Origin: an uncultured Planctomycetota bacterium
GTDB lineage: Bacteria; Planctomycetota; Planctomycetia; Isosphaerales; Isosphaeraceae
Direction of reading: 5' to 3'
Length of the DNA: 64,000 bases
Assembly (NCBI GenBank): GCA_963845755.1
Contig: CAWJTV010000004.1
Span: 1 to 64,000 of the forward strand
A program made the translations under genes and the position numbers. Position 1 is the stretch's first letter; each line of letters begins with the position of its first letter. Under the pieces are notes generated by a model. It worked only from the letters and a program-made list of their open reading frames with translations. It ran no database searches and was not told the origin of the DNA. This document shows positions 44,747 through 54,360 of the stretch, piece by piece.

Positions 44747-46111
44747 CTAACTGCTGTCCAGTCGGATCTGGATCGGCCCGGCTCCGGCCGGCTCGAAGAC
44801 CTCGTCCGGCCAGTGTCGAAACCGCAGGCTCTCCAACAATCGTTGCGCCATGTTCTTCAACGAGCCGAACAGCTCCACGGCCGTTCGCTTCCCCTGCTCT
44901 TGGGCCAGGTGCCGCAACAGGCTCCCCTTCTCCACCAGTTGCAACAGCAGATGGGCGATCTGCAACAGGAAATAGTAGGCCGGCCAGCATCTGTGGCTGT
45001 AGGCATGTTCCAGGTTCAGGCCACTGTTCTTCTGGGTGTTAAATCCCTCGTTCTCCTCGCGCCAGCGTGCCCTCCCTCCGTTGGTCGCTACTTCCACCAC
45101 AGTCTCGTGGCTCAAATCCAGAGAGGTCACCCACGACCATTCCGTCTGCTTTCCCTCCTTGCCCGTCTCGGTGCACTCCAGAGCGTTGATGGTCCAGTCC
45201 CGACCATCACTGTCCCTGTAGTGCAGGCCGTTGATCCAGCGATAGACCTGCCGGACCCCTTGCGGCGTCATCCGTTCCACGCGCTGGTCGGGACACAACC
45301 GCAGCAACCCCTGGAAATCCTCCCAGAGGGCGGGAAGTCGTCCAGGCTGAAACGTGTAAATGTAGTCGCATCGATAATCTTTGGCGACCTGGAATCCTTC
45401 TCCGCAGGCATACAGGCCGTCACCGCCGAGGCAAATCCGCAACTGCGGGAACTCGATCCGCAACTTCTCCACCAGGCGTCGCAAGGCCTTCAACTCGCAA
45501 TCCTGCTTGATCCGTTCCGCGCTGGCACCCGCTGGGGCACTGGCGACGTCGTGGTTGTCGATGAACTCACTGGCGATCGAGATGACCGTGCCGGCCGGCC
45601 CCAGCACCTTGGCCTCCAGCACCTGGTGCATATATAGCGTCGTCTCACCGTGCCGCTGGGTCAGGCAATCGTCGCAATGCCGGGAGTGAAACACCAGATA
45701 GCCCGAGCCGTCAATCAAGACGACGAACCGCCCCTGCAGCCGCGCCGCGTCCAGAGCCTTCATGCGGATCAACCGCTGGACCATCCGCTGCCGCAACCCG
45801 GCGATGGGGTCGGGGCCGATTTTCCCCAGGAAGTACTCCAAGGTCTGGTTCACCGGCCGGCTCTCTTGCGCCGTACCCGCCAGACGATTGAGATTGGGCA
45901 GGACCTCCGGGCCGTCGGTGTTCAACTGGTAGTCCAGTTGGCGCCGGCTGCTCAACTTGCACAGGAACAAACTCAGCCCCCACCACAGCAGGAACCGCTT
46001 GTGGTAGATCACCAAGGGGGCAAACCGCGGGTCATCGATCGCATCGATCCAGGTGTTGAGATCGGGGAAGAAGTGACCCAGGGTTCGCACCAGGATAGGT
46101 CCGATGTTCAG
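44747..46111 (-). CDS. DDE transposase (ISAs1/ISNCY-like)
   Basis: DPR, VVLIDGSG, KQDCELKA, GDGLYAC, GRARWREENEGFNTQK; start uncertain (CTG at 46111 proposed). Confidence 0.85.
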   Translation of the reverse strand: MNIGPILVRTLGHFFPDLNTWIDAIDDPRFAPLVIYHKRFLLWWGLSLFLCKLSSRRQLDYQLNTDGPEVLPNLNRLAGTAQESRPVNQTLEYFLGKIGPDPIAGLRQRMVQRLIRMKALDAARLQGRFVVLIDGSGYLVFHSRHCDDCLTQRHGETTLYMHQVLEAKVLGPAGTVISIASEFIDNHDVASAPAGASAERIKQDCELKALRRLVEKLRIEFPQLRICLGGDGLYACGEGFQVAKDYRCDYIYTFQPGRLPALWEDFQGLLRLCPDQRVERMTPQGVRQVYRWINGLHYRDSDGRDWTINALECTETGKEGKQTEWSWVTSLDLSHETVVEVATNGGRARWREENEGFNTQKNSGLNLEHAYSHRCWPAYYFLLQIAHLLLQLVEKGSLLRHLAQEQGKRTAVELFGSLKNMAQRLLESLRFRHWPDEVFEPAGAGPIQIRLDSS

Positions 46112-46464
46112 CGTCGTCCCCGCCGCCGCTTTCGGTGCGAGACGTGGCCCTGGATCAAGGCCAGGGTCAACTGGCTGATTTCGTGGATCAGGCCTTTGAG
46201 ACGTTGGTGTTCTTGCACCCATTCTTGGACCTCCGTGAGCAGGTCCTGGGGCACATACACCGTGCGAGTCTTACCCCCCTCCGAGAAGGTGAGGTGGTGG
46301 GCGGAGTGCAACGGGCCACCGTGGTGGCAGGCGCAGGAGGGCTGGCCGCAACGTTTCTGCACCTGGGCCAGGCTGGCCGCCAGGAGCGGCCCAGCCGGAG
46401 CCAGTTGCTTGAGGCGGCGGTCGAGCATCCGACGGACCAGCGTGGGGTGGCTCGGCACATGCAT
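46108..46464 (-). CDS. DUF6788-like small Cys/His-rich IS accessory protein
   Basis: KRCGQPSCACHHGGPLH..LTFSEGGKTRTVYVP. Confidence 0.8.
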   Translation of the reverse strand: MHVPSHPTLVRRMLDRRLKQLAPAGPLLAASLAQVQKRCGQPSCACHHGGPLHSAHHLTFSEGGKTRTVYVPQDLLTEVQEWVQEHQRLKGLIHEISQLTLALIQGHVSHRKRRRGRR

Positions 46465-46913
46465 CGATGGGCCCCTGGAACTTCCGGTAAGTGGACCTTA
46501 TACCGGGAAAGGCCCGAAAAGTCATGAGGTGCGAAGAAAAAAATTGAGGGCCTAGGATGGTCGGGCGCTTCAACAGAGGTTCTACTCGGGACTTACGCTG
46601 CCGTCAAGGTGCGACAAATTCCCCAATTCCTCAGAGCTGGGGCGACACGCCACCACTCCGGTTGGAAGTGCAATGCTTCGTCGCTTGCCAGTAAAGCGTC
46701 GGTCATACCCCGCCCAATCTGATATTGTGTTGACGGCCATCCGGTGCCTTTTCTGAGTCGGAAAGCCGCTTCATGAACGCCAAAACCCTCGTTCTGTCCA
46801 CCAACTTATCGTGTAATGTCTTTTTACGACCTGTTTTCAAAGTCGTCCGTACGCTCTCCGACAGACAGGGCAGGCGCTTTTTGCTTCGTCCGTCGTGAGC
46901 CTTCCTTTCGTGT

Positions 46914-47627
46914 TCAACCGAACAATCGTACGAATTCATCGGTGATGCTCCGGTAGCACTCGCAAGAACCGGCCATCAAGCCATCCCGATCGAGGACAGT
47001 GAGTTTCCCCCGGCTGTAACGGATCAATCCTTTCTCCTGGAAGGGTTCGAGAACCTCGGAGACGGTAGAACGCCGCACGCCGAGCATCTCGGCCAGGAAC
47101 TCGTGCGTTATTGGGAAGACATCCGAGTGCGCCCGGTCCTGGGTCATCAACAGCCATCGGCAACAGCGCTGGTGAACGGAGTGCAGGCCATTGCAAGCCA
47201 CGGCCTGCGAAACCTCGGCAAGAAAGGCGGTGTGGTAGAGGACCAGCAACCGGCGCAAGGCGCTATCCTGGCTCACCTCTTCCCGCAGCGCTGCTTCTGG
47301 CATCCGCAGGGCGTCGCCTGGAACCTGGACGATCACCCTATTGGCCGTTATCTTGGCCCCGACGAGGAGTGGGAGGCCCACCATGCCATCGTCCCCTATC
47401 GTCGCTACCTCGATGGCCCTGCCGTCTTCCATCACGGTCAGAGCAGAGACGACACCGCGGTTCGGGAAGTAGGCGTAGTCGATGGACGATCGGGCCTCGT
47501 AGAGGACGTGTTTCAACGCCAGCGGGACGAGTTTTAGGCGGGGGAGAAGGCGCTGGTACTCGTCCGCGGGCAACCGGGCCAGGAGCCGGTTTCCCGGCGG
47601 CACAGCGAGCGGTTTGGTCTCCGACAT
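46914..47627 (-). CDS. Crp/Fnr family transcriptional regulator
   Basis: NRLLARLP, EVATIGDDG, ACNGLH..RCCRWLL, THEFLAEMLGVRRSTVS, SCECY. Confidence 0.9.
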   Translation of the reverse strand: MSETKPLAVPPGNRLLARLPADEYQRLLPRLKLVPLALKHVLYEARSSIDYAYFPNRGVVSALTVMEDGRAIEVATIGDDGMVGLPLLVGAKITANRVIVQVPGDALRMPEAALREEVSQDSALRRLLVLYHTAFLAEVSQAVACNGLHSVHQRCCRWLLMTQDRAHSDVFPITHEFLAEMLGVRRSTVSEVLEPFQEKGLIRYSRGKLTVLDRDGLMAGSCECYRSITDEFVRLFG

Positions 47628-47714
47628 GACTCCCCACCCTCCCAGCTCCCCCGCCAGCGTCCGTAGGACGAAGGCAAGGCGTATAGCGGCGGCGCAAGAT
47701 CGACCTTCCTGGTC

Positions 47715-47783
47715 TGTCTGCCAGCAGACCATCCTATCCTTTTGTCTGCGGGCAGACATACAATGTCTGTACGGTTTCCGACA
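47715..47783. promoter_or_regulatory. Three 16-bp TGT-N10-AC(A/C) boxes between the divergent crp genes
   Basis: tgtctgccagcagacc 47715-47730, tgtctgcgggcagaca 47743-47758, tgtacggtttccgaca 47768-47783. Confidence 0.6.
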
Positions 47784-47881
47784 TGACGGCAAGAATTCTT
47801 CTGCGACAATGGAGCGAGAAGCGCAAGGGCCGAGTCCGGGTGCAGCGCCCCCCAGCCCGGACCGCAGCCAGGAGGCGCAGA

Positions 47882-48595
47882 ATGGCTAAGCTTCGGAGAG
47901 TCCATGTCCTCGGCGAGAACCGGCTGTTAGCTGCTTTGCCGAGGAAGGAATACGACCGCCTGCATCCCCATCTGGAGAAGGTGTCCTTACCCTTGAAGGA
48001 CATTCTCTACGAACCGAACGGCCCGATTCCGCACGTCTATTTCCCGCTCGACGGGGTGGTTTCCCTGGTGATCATCATGGACGCCGGCTTCTCGCTCGAA
48101 GTGGGCATCATCGGCAACGAGGGCATGGTCGGCAGCCCTGTCTTCCTCGGGTGCCAGAGCAGCCTGACCAGGGCGATTTCGCAGGTTGCAGGCGATGCGC
48201 TCCGGATGGAAACCAAGGTCTTTCAGGAGGAGATGCTGCGGCGCGGCGCGTTGTACGGCTTGGTCCAGCGGAGCACCCAGGCAATGATTAACCAGATTTC
48301 CCAGTCCACCGTCTGCAACCACCGGCACTCTGTCAAGAAACGCCTGTGCCGCTGGCTGCTGATGAGCCACGACCGGGTGGGGACCGACGAATTCGCGCTC
48401 ACGCATGAGTTCCTGTCCCAGATGCTCGGCGTGTGCCGCCCCACTTTAACCGCGGCGGCGGGCAGCCTCCAGACCGCCGGGCTGATCAGGTACCACCGGG
48501 GCAGGGTGACCATCCTCGACCGGAAGGGGATGGAAGCCGCTTCATGCGAATGCTACGGAGTGGTCGCAGAGGAGCTGGACCGCTTGCTCGGCTGA
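47882..48595 (+). CDS. Crp/Fnr family transcriptional regulator (paralog)
   Basis: NRLLAALP, EVGIIGNEG, VCNHRH..RLCRWLL, THEFLSQMLGV, SCECY. Confidence 0.9.
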   Translation: MAKLRRVHVLGENRLLAALPRKEYDRLHPHLEKVSLPLKDILYEPNGPIPHVYFPLDGVVSLVIIMDAGFSLEVGIIGNEGMVGSPVFLGCQSSLTRAISQVAGDALRMETKVFQEEMLRRGALYGLVQRSTQAMINQISQSTVCNHRHSVKKRLCRWLLMSHDRVGTDEFALTHEFLSQMLGVCRPTLTAAAGSLQTAGLIRYHRGRVTILDRKGMEAASCECYGVVAEELDRLLG

Positions 48596-48649
48596 CGCCG
48601 GAGCCTGCCGGCGTGCCCTCGAACCCTCAGTGCGCAGACATTTTCCTAG

Positions 48650-48747
48650 CGCCCGCCAGTTGGTGCGCACGTCTGAATAACTTGCTGCGAGTGGAGTTCG
48701 CAATATGGGCCATCCGATCGCCGTCCTGGCGCACCAACTGGCGGGCG
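48650..48747. mobile_element. 98-bp MITE-like element
   Basis: Perfect 19-bp TIR cgcccgccagttggtgcgc; flanked on both sides by CTAG. Confidence 0.7.
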
Positions 48748-48751
48748 CTAG

Positions 48752-49175
48752 CCTGGATTCCCATGGAGGCAAAAACGGGGTAGGCTACGACGCAATCCAT
48801 AAACGAAGCAAAATTCGTCGAAGTGGGTTTTCCCCTGGATTTCAAGTGGTTCTGGCTTGAAACGGCTCATCGAAACGCCTCTCTCGATGTTAGGTGATCC
48901 GTAAACTGAAAAAAGAGCATCCACGGTGTCAACTCAATGCATCCACTGTGGTGAATTCGATAGATTTGTCGCAAGAACCCCTTGTTTTCCAGGAGGAAGT
49001 GAGATTCGATCGACGAACATATCATCCATGGTGATCAAGTTAACTTAGTGGGAGACCCACCTTTAACTCTTGGAGGAGCATAACCAGTTCCGAGGCGAAA
49101 AGCTGAGTATCGCGGGCTTTTTTCCAATCATGCGGCAACAAATGTTAGCCCAATCTGCCTCCATGGGAATCCAGG
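48752..49175 (+). mobile_element. 424-bp MITE / internally deleted IS, copy 1
   Basis: 20-bp TIR cctggattcccatggaggca; CTAG flanks; inverted copy at 60938-61361. Confidence 0.9.
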
Positions 49176-49344
49176 CTAGGGACATTTCTTTGGAGAAAGA
49201 CGGGACGGGAATGAAAAACAGCCTGTTGCATGGCGACAATCTGCCAATCATGCCGCGAAAGGATGGCAGGATGTCTTCATGTCCTATCTCTTCGTCATTG
49301 TATTCCGACTGCGGTTCTTGCCGGCACGCCTCAGCTCTTGTCGG

Positions 49345-49440
49345 TCAGGTCGCTTCCTTAAAGAACCGCAACAACTCGTCGAGAAGCCGGTCCGGCCGCT
49401 CCTCGGCGAGGTAGTGACCGCAGTCTTCGATCATCACGCT
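49345..49440 (-). pseudogene. C-terminal fragment of an alpha/beta hydrolase
   Basis: Reads SVMIEDCGHYLAEERPDRLLDELLRFFKEAT*; no intact upstream frame. Confidence 0.55.
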
Positions 49441-50465
49441 CCGCTAAGCGCCATTCTGCTCTGGCAACGCCTTGTGCCCACGTGCCCGGGCGTTATTCTG
49501 GACCGAGCAACTTCAAGAGCCGTGTTGCACACCCGTGGAGCTGGGACATCGGCTCATCAACAAGCGCGGCCCAGACGTCGTTGAACATGGTCCGTAGCCG
49601 TCGGAAAGCCCGACCTTTCGGCTTGAACACGAATCTGGGGCTTCAGGAAAACGGCCGACCATCCCCGAAGGGAACGGCGCTGTGGCCAGGGCCTTGTTCG
49701 ATGGACTGAGCAACCACGAGCAGCGCGTCTTCCCGAAGGAGCGAGCGATGCGAAGTGAGCAGTCCGACTCGCCCAGCGCGTGGCGTCGTCGATACGCTCT
49801 CGAGCCGGCAGCCGCGCGAACGAGCACAGTGAAAGTAGCCGTCGTGAACGGCTGGGATGTCCGGCCCACCCTTGAGCGGATCGTCGCCGGCTCAAGCGGC
49901 CGGATCGTCCGTAACAGGCTCATCACTGCCCCAGGCCCTGATCCAGCGCCGCCAGCGGCTTACCTACGAGCTTCGACTGAGCACGCTAGTCATCCTGTCG
50001 CGGCCAGCACCGCAGCCTGCGGCGGGCGACTCGGCGGTGGCCCAGTCCACGACGACACCCTTCACGGGCCGCGTCCGTGCCCCGGAACCGATCGGTGACA
50101 CGCCGCCACGCCACATCCCGCGCCCGACGTCACTCCGCGCACTCCACTGCGCGCCGAGCCGTATGGTTGTGCGCGCCTGGTTTCCTGAACCTTGTCCAGC
50201 CGCCACAGGTGGCTCCGGCTTCCCGATCGAAACTGGCTCCGAATCCGGTTCTGCCGCACTTTCGATGATCCCGGGCCGCCGGCAGAGTCCTTGGTCTGTT
50301 CCCACGCCCGTGGCGTGTCGAACCAGCGCGTGCAACGTAACCTCCTACGACCGAGTGGTTAAGTCATTTGTGGATGCTTCGGGGCCCCTCGAGGCCGGGG
50401 GAACTTTTTCCGGGCCCGGCTGTATAACCTCTCAGCGGGAGTTCAGTGCCGTAGGGCAGGGCGCC

Positions 50466-51008
50466 ATGAACGATGACCTCGATGCGATCCGGCGGGTGCT
50501 GGCGGCAGACGTCGAGTCGTTCCGCCGCCTCGTGGAGCGCTACCAGCGGCCGCTGTTGACACTGATCCGCAACCTGACGCCGCCCGACACCGACCACGAG
50601 GGAGTCGCCCAGGAGGTGTTCCTGGCCGCGTTCCGCGGCCTGGCGTCGTTCGACCCAAAGCGGTCGGCGTTCTCGACCTGGCTGTTCACCATCGCCCGCA
50701 ACCGCTGCCGCAACGAACTCGCCCGCCGGCGGCCGGTCGCGGGCGCCGAACTGCCGGACGTCGTCGATCTGCGGTCGCCCGAGCGGGCGGCTTCGGAAGC
50801 GGAACTATTCCGCCAGCTCGACGCGGCCCTGGATGCCCTGCCGTTCGAGCAGCGTTCCGCGTTCGTGCTCGCGCATCTGCAAGGTCTTTCCTACGAGGAG
50901 GTCGGTCGGATCGAGGGCGTCGGCGTGGGCACCGTGAGGTCGCGAATCGCCAGGGCCCGTGAGAAACTTCGCTGTCTCCTCCTCCACGCCGCCGAGCCAC
51001 ACTCATGA
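50466..51008 (+). CDS. ECF RNA polymerase sigma factor (SigW-like)
   Basis: FRRLVERYQ, AQEVFLAAF, FSTWLFTIARN, GLSYEEV..GTVRSRIARAR. Confidence 0.9.
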   Translation: MNDDLDAIRRVLAADVESFRRLVERYQRPLLTLIRNLTPPDTDHEGVAQEVFLAAFRGLASFDPKRSAFSTWLFTIARNRCRNELARRRPVAGAELPDVVDLRSPERAASEAELFRQLDAALDALPFEQRSAFVLAHLQGLSYEEVGRIEGVGVGTVRSRIARAREKLRCLLLHAAEPHS

Positions 51009-51235
51009 ACGACGAACTTTACAACCTGTGGATCCAACGGGCTGATGCCGAGGCGCCCGCTGACTTCGCTGACCGCGTCATGGACGCCGTCCGCCGCGAA
51101 CCGCTGCCGTCCTCGAAGGTCGTCCTGGTCCTGCTGCTGTCCTCACCCGCCGTGCGCGTTGCCGCCTGCATCCTGGCGTGCCTCGCCTGCCTGTACCGCA
51201 TGGTGGCCGTTGTTGCGGTCTTTTTCGTCCAGTGA
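51005..51235 (+). CDS. Putative small membrane anti-sigma factor
   Basis: ATGA overlap with sigma gene; APADFADRVMDAV then hydrophobic segment. Confidence 0.6.
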   Translation: MNDELYNLWIQRADAEAPADFADRVMDAVRREPLPSSKVVLVLLLSSPAVRVAACILACLACLYRMVAVVAVFFVQ

Positions 51236-51260
51236 ACTCCATGAATAATGAGGTTTTCTC

Positions 51261-52178
51261 TTGAGCACCCCAAACGCTCTCGCCCGCAGTCCGCTGATCG
51301 CCGTGATTCTATCGCTTTCCGCCACCGGACTAGGCCAGATTTACTGCGGCCGTATCGTCCGCGGCCTGGTGATGTTCCTCGGCTCGCTGCTGTTCGCGCC
51401 GGCGACCGTGGTGGCCGCCCTGTTGCCACCAGCGACCGTTGTTCTGGTCGGCCTGATCCTCGCGTTGCTGACAGTGCTGGGGGTCTATGTCTTTGCGGTC
51501 GTGGACGCCTTCCGCCTTGCCCGCCGCGGCCGTGATCTCTTCCAGTCAATGGACTACAACCATCCGCTAGTCTACGCTCTATTCATCCTAGTAGGACTGA
51601 CGTACTCGGCCGGCGCACTGTACTTCATCCGCAGCAGCGTCTTCGAGGCCTTTGCGATTCCGTCGGCCAACGAGGTGCCGACGTTGCTCCCCGGTGATCG
51701 GTTTCTGGTGAACAAAACGACGTACCAGAGGCGATTCGTGCGCCGCGGCGACGAGGTGGTGTTTCGCGTGCGGTCGGAGCCGGGGCTGAACTGGGTCAGG
51801 CGTGTCATCGCGAAGCCCGGCGATACCGTCGAGGTGAAGGACAACGAGGTGTTCGTCAACGGGCAGCAGTTGCCGCGCGAGCCGGCGCCGCGGGCGAGCC
51901 TCGGGGCCGCGGCGCAAGTGGTCAAGGGGGAACTATTCGAGGAAACCAACGCCGGCCGCCGCTATCGGATTCTCCTCGCCACCGACACGAAGCCGTTACC
52001 GGACTACTCCAAGGCGAAGGTGCCGGATGGGATGTGTTTCGTGCTGGGCGACAACCGGAACAATTCGCGCGACAGCCGCACGATCGGCTTCGTGGCCCTT
52101 GGCGACGTGCTCGGCGACGTACAGTACAGGTACTGGCCAGTCGCGACGTGGACCCGGTTCGGCGTCCTGACCGAATAA
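51261..52178 (+). CDS. Signal peptidase I-like protein with N-terminal TM bundle; catalytic Ser/Lys substituted
   Basis: FAIPSANEVPTLLPGD, RRGDEVVF, WVRRVIAKPGD, GDNRNNSRDSR. Confidence 0.85.
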   Translation: MSTPNALARSPLIAVILSLSATGLGQIYCGRIVRGLVMFLGSLLFAPATVVAALLPPATVVLVGLILALLTVLGVYVFAVVDAFRLARRGRDLFQSMDYNHPLVYALFILVGLTYSAGALYFIRSSVFEAFAIPSANEVPTLLPGDRFLVNKTTYQRRFVRRGDEVVFRVRSEPGLNWVRRVIAKPGDTVEVKDNEVFVNGQQLPREPAPRASLGAAAQVVKGELFEETNAGRRYRILLATDTKPLPDYSKAKVPDGMCFVLGDNRNNSRDSRTIGFVALGDVLGDVQYRYWPVATWTRFGVLTE

Positions 52179-52930
52179 GCACCGACCTGATTCCAATCAT
52201 GCAGCCGCCTCTCAACGGAACCTCCGGACCCATGCATGGTGGTTTCAGCGCTGTTCGATCTTGATTCCCCGTCCGATTTCGGGAATCTCGCGACAAGAGT
52301 CTCCGTTATGCCGAGGAGCGCCCGTCGCACGGCCTCCCTGTGAAAGACCTCCCACCTGGGGAAGTGGTTTGTCTAGCCCACCCTTGAGAAAGCCCGGTGA
52401 TCGTACCGGGCTGCTCAAGCGGCCGGTTGCTTGAAGAGCGGGCTCGCGTGGCTCCAGGCTCTGATCCAGAATCCGCCAGCAGCTCCGCCTGAGGGGCTTG
52501 GTCTTGACGATTTGGCCAACCTGTCGTGGCTCGTGGCGGCCCGCGGCGAGCGACTTGGCGGTGGCCCCGTCCAGCACGCCCGGCTCACCGAAGTCGAAAG
52601 CCGGCCCGGCCCGGCCGCGGCGAACTTCGCCATGCCACATCTTGGGTCCGGCACCACTCCGCGCATTTTACAGCGTGCCGAGCGGTGTGGGCGTACGCGC
52701 CGATCACACCGTACCCTGTCCAGCCACCAAGCGCGCTGCCGTCTTGTTGATCGAAACTGACTCCAAGTCGGGGTCACTCTCTCCGACCCGCCCGCTTCGG
52801 TCCTCACCCTTGCCGGTAAAGAACCCTGAGTCAGCGTGCTTCGCATGGCCCCACGGCGTCATGCCATCCGTCGGTCAACGCCTGCCCGGGGTTTCCCGAT
52901 GCGTTCATCCCATCAGCCGAAGGCGCAGGA

Positions 52931-53296
52931 TTAGTCGACCACGGCTTTGACGACTTCGGCCAACACTTCCCCGATCTCCGTCAAGGCATAGAACGTGTTC
53001 TTGCCCTGACGGCGACGGAATATCACCCCGCCGTGGCGGAGCAGAGCGAGGTGATGGCTGACGGCAGGCTGGGATACATTGAATTCCTCGCTAAACGCCC
53101 CGGCATGCTTTTCCCCGGCGGCCAGGGTCCGGATCATCTGCAACCGGGTTGGGTCGCTGATCTGCTTCAAGAGGCTCGCCGCACGTTGCACGACCTTGAG
53201 GAGCCGCACGCCCTCGATCTGGGCTTTGGTCTTTCCGGTCGTGGCCTCCGCTTTCGGTGTCACGACCATTGACCCGTTGTTGCCTGTCGTAACCAT
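52931..53296 (-). CDS. ArsR/SmtB family regulator
   Basis: LKQISDPTRLQM..VSQPAVSHHLALLR..RRQGKNTFY. Confidence 0.85.
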   Translation of the reverse strand: MVTTGNNGSMVVTPKAEATTGKTKAQIEGVRLLKVVQRAASLLKQISDPTRLQMIRTLAAGEKHAGAFSEEFNVSQPAVSHHLALLRHGGVIFRRRQGKNTFYALTEIGEVLAEVVKAVVD

Positions 53297-53924
53297 CGGA
53301 ATCCCCCAAATCCTGAGAAATGGGTCGAAGGCCCCGGACGCCCCCTTGATTTCCATGACCACTTGTGAATAGTTGACCACATAAATCCTATTAGTGATCA
53401 TCTTAGACCAGATGAATTCATTATCTCCATTGACTTACAAATTTGCAACATATTTTTAGATTTTTATTACGATTTTTTCCGTATTCCCTTCTCGACTTGA
53501 AGACGCTTGTTTCGAAGTAAACATCCGACGACGAACATCCTGACATGCGGTCTGGGCTCCCTCCCACGGATCGCCAGACTTCCCGACGTCATTTTTATCG
53601 CCCCGGCCGCGACGATCTCAGGAGGAGGCGTTTGCGGCCGACAGAATCCCCCAGAAAGCCGCGGAGCTTCGGAAAGTCATTCCGATCGAGGCCCGGCCGT
53701 AGAGCCCCACGACGGAACTGTTGGACCGGGTCACGCAGCTCGATCGCGATTGGGTCCTCCGGACCCCGGATTCCGTCCCCGTCCGAATCCGCTGAAACCC
53801 GTCCCGATGGGCGATCAATCCACGCCCGCCCAGCATTCGCGGCGGAGTTTCTTATTGACCTGCCAGGCCGGTTTTGCCCGCCAACTCATGGTTGCCCGGC
53901 AATCGGGGCGGTTGCCCCGAGGAA

Positions 53925-54254
53925 TCATTTTGGCTCCGGCGGGTCGGGCTCGACCGGGAGCCAAGGTCGATACGATGCCAGTTCGTATTTCCGCTTCAGC
54001 GCCTCATGGTAAGTGATGAGCCGACGCTCTCGATCGATGAGCACTTCAATCGACCACCGGCCGCTATAGCCAACCCGGCCGGCCTTGTAGTCCTCGACAA
54101 TCCACCTGATCTTAGCCTCTCGCGTGCCGTGATAGTTGGAATGAATCGCGTAAGAGCGAGACCTGGCGACGAGAATCCACAGTGCGAAACCGATCGCTAC
54201 GACCGCCACGGCCACCATCCAACGCCGCGTCGTCATCTGCGGGATCAGTCGCAT
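53925..54254 (-). CDS. Small membrane-anchored hypothetical protein
   Basis: MTTRRWMVAVAVVA N-terminus; KYELASYRPWLPVEPDPPEP C-terminus. Confidence 0.7.
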   Translation of the reverse strand: MRLIPQMTTRRWMVAVAVVAIGFALWILVARSRSYAIHSNYHGTREAKIRWIVEDYKAGRVGYSGRWSIEVLIDRERRLITYHEALKRKYELASYRPWLPVEPDPPEPK

Positions 54255-54360
54255 GGCCCGAACCTCCACGAGGGACTGGCAAGCATCGGCACGGGATCAC
54301 CCTTGCCACGTCCCCCCATCGCCTGACGTCCACCTGTCCGGATCATCGATGGATCACGGA

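Larger units (their letters stand above)
44570..46639 (-). mobile_element. 2070-bp insertion sequence (DUF6788-like ORF + DDE transposase)
   Basis: TIRs cagccctgagaaat / cagctctgaggaat (12/14); 9-bp TSD gggcgacac at 44561-44569 and 46640-46648. Confidence 0.92.
42277..46706 (-). pseudogene. Multi-PAS hybrid histidine kinase/receiver interrupted by an IS
   Basis: MTDALLASDEALHFQPEWWRVA (46706-46640) rejoins LASIADAVIT after removing 44570-46639 and one TSD copy; LSHELRNPL, NLLTNAAKY, GGLGIGL, receiver LLDIGLP; extra indel near 44470. Confidence 0.88.

Noticed and set aside
48627..49414. Short ORFs repeated at 48627-49414 and 60705-61453
   Set aside because: Incidental frames within the MITE that run out into different flanks
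49560..50340. Possible genes in 49560-50340 and 52200-52930
   Set aside because: No recognisable motifs or consistent coding frame; probably decayed DNA
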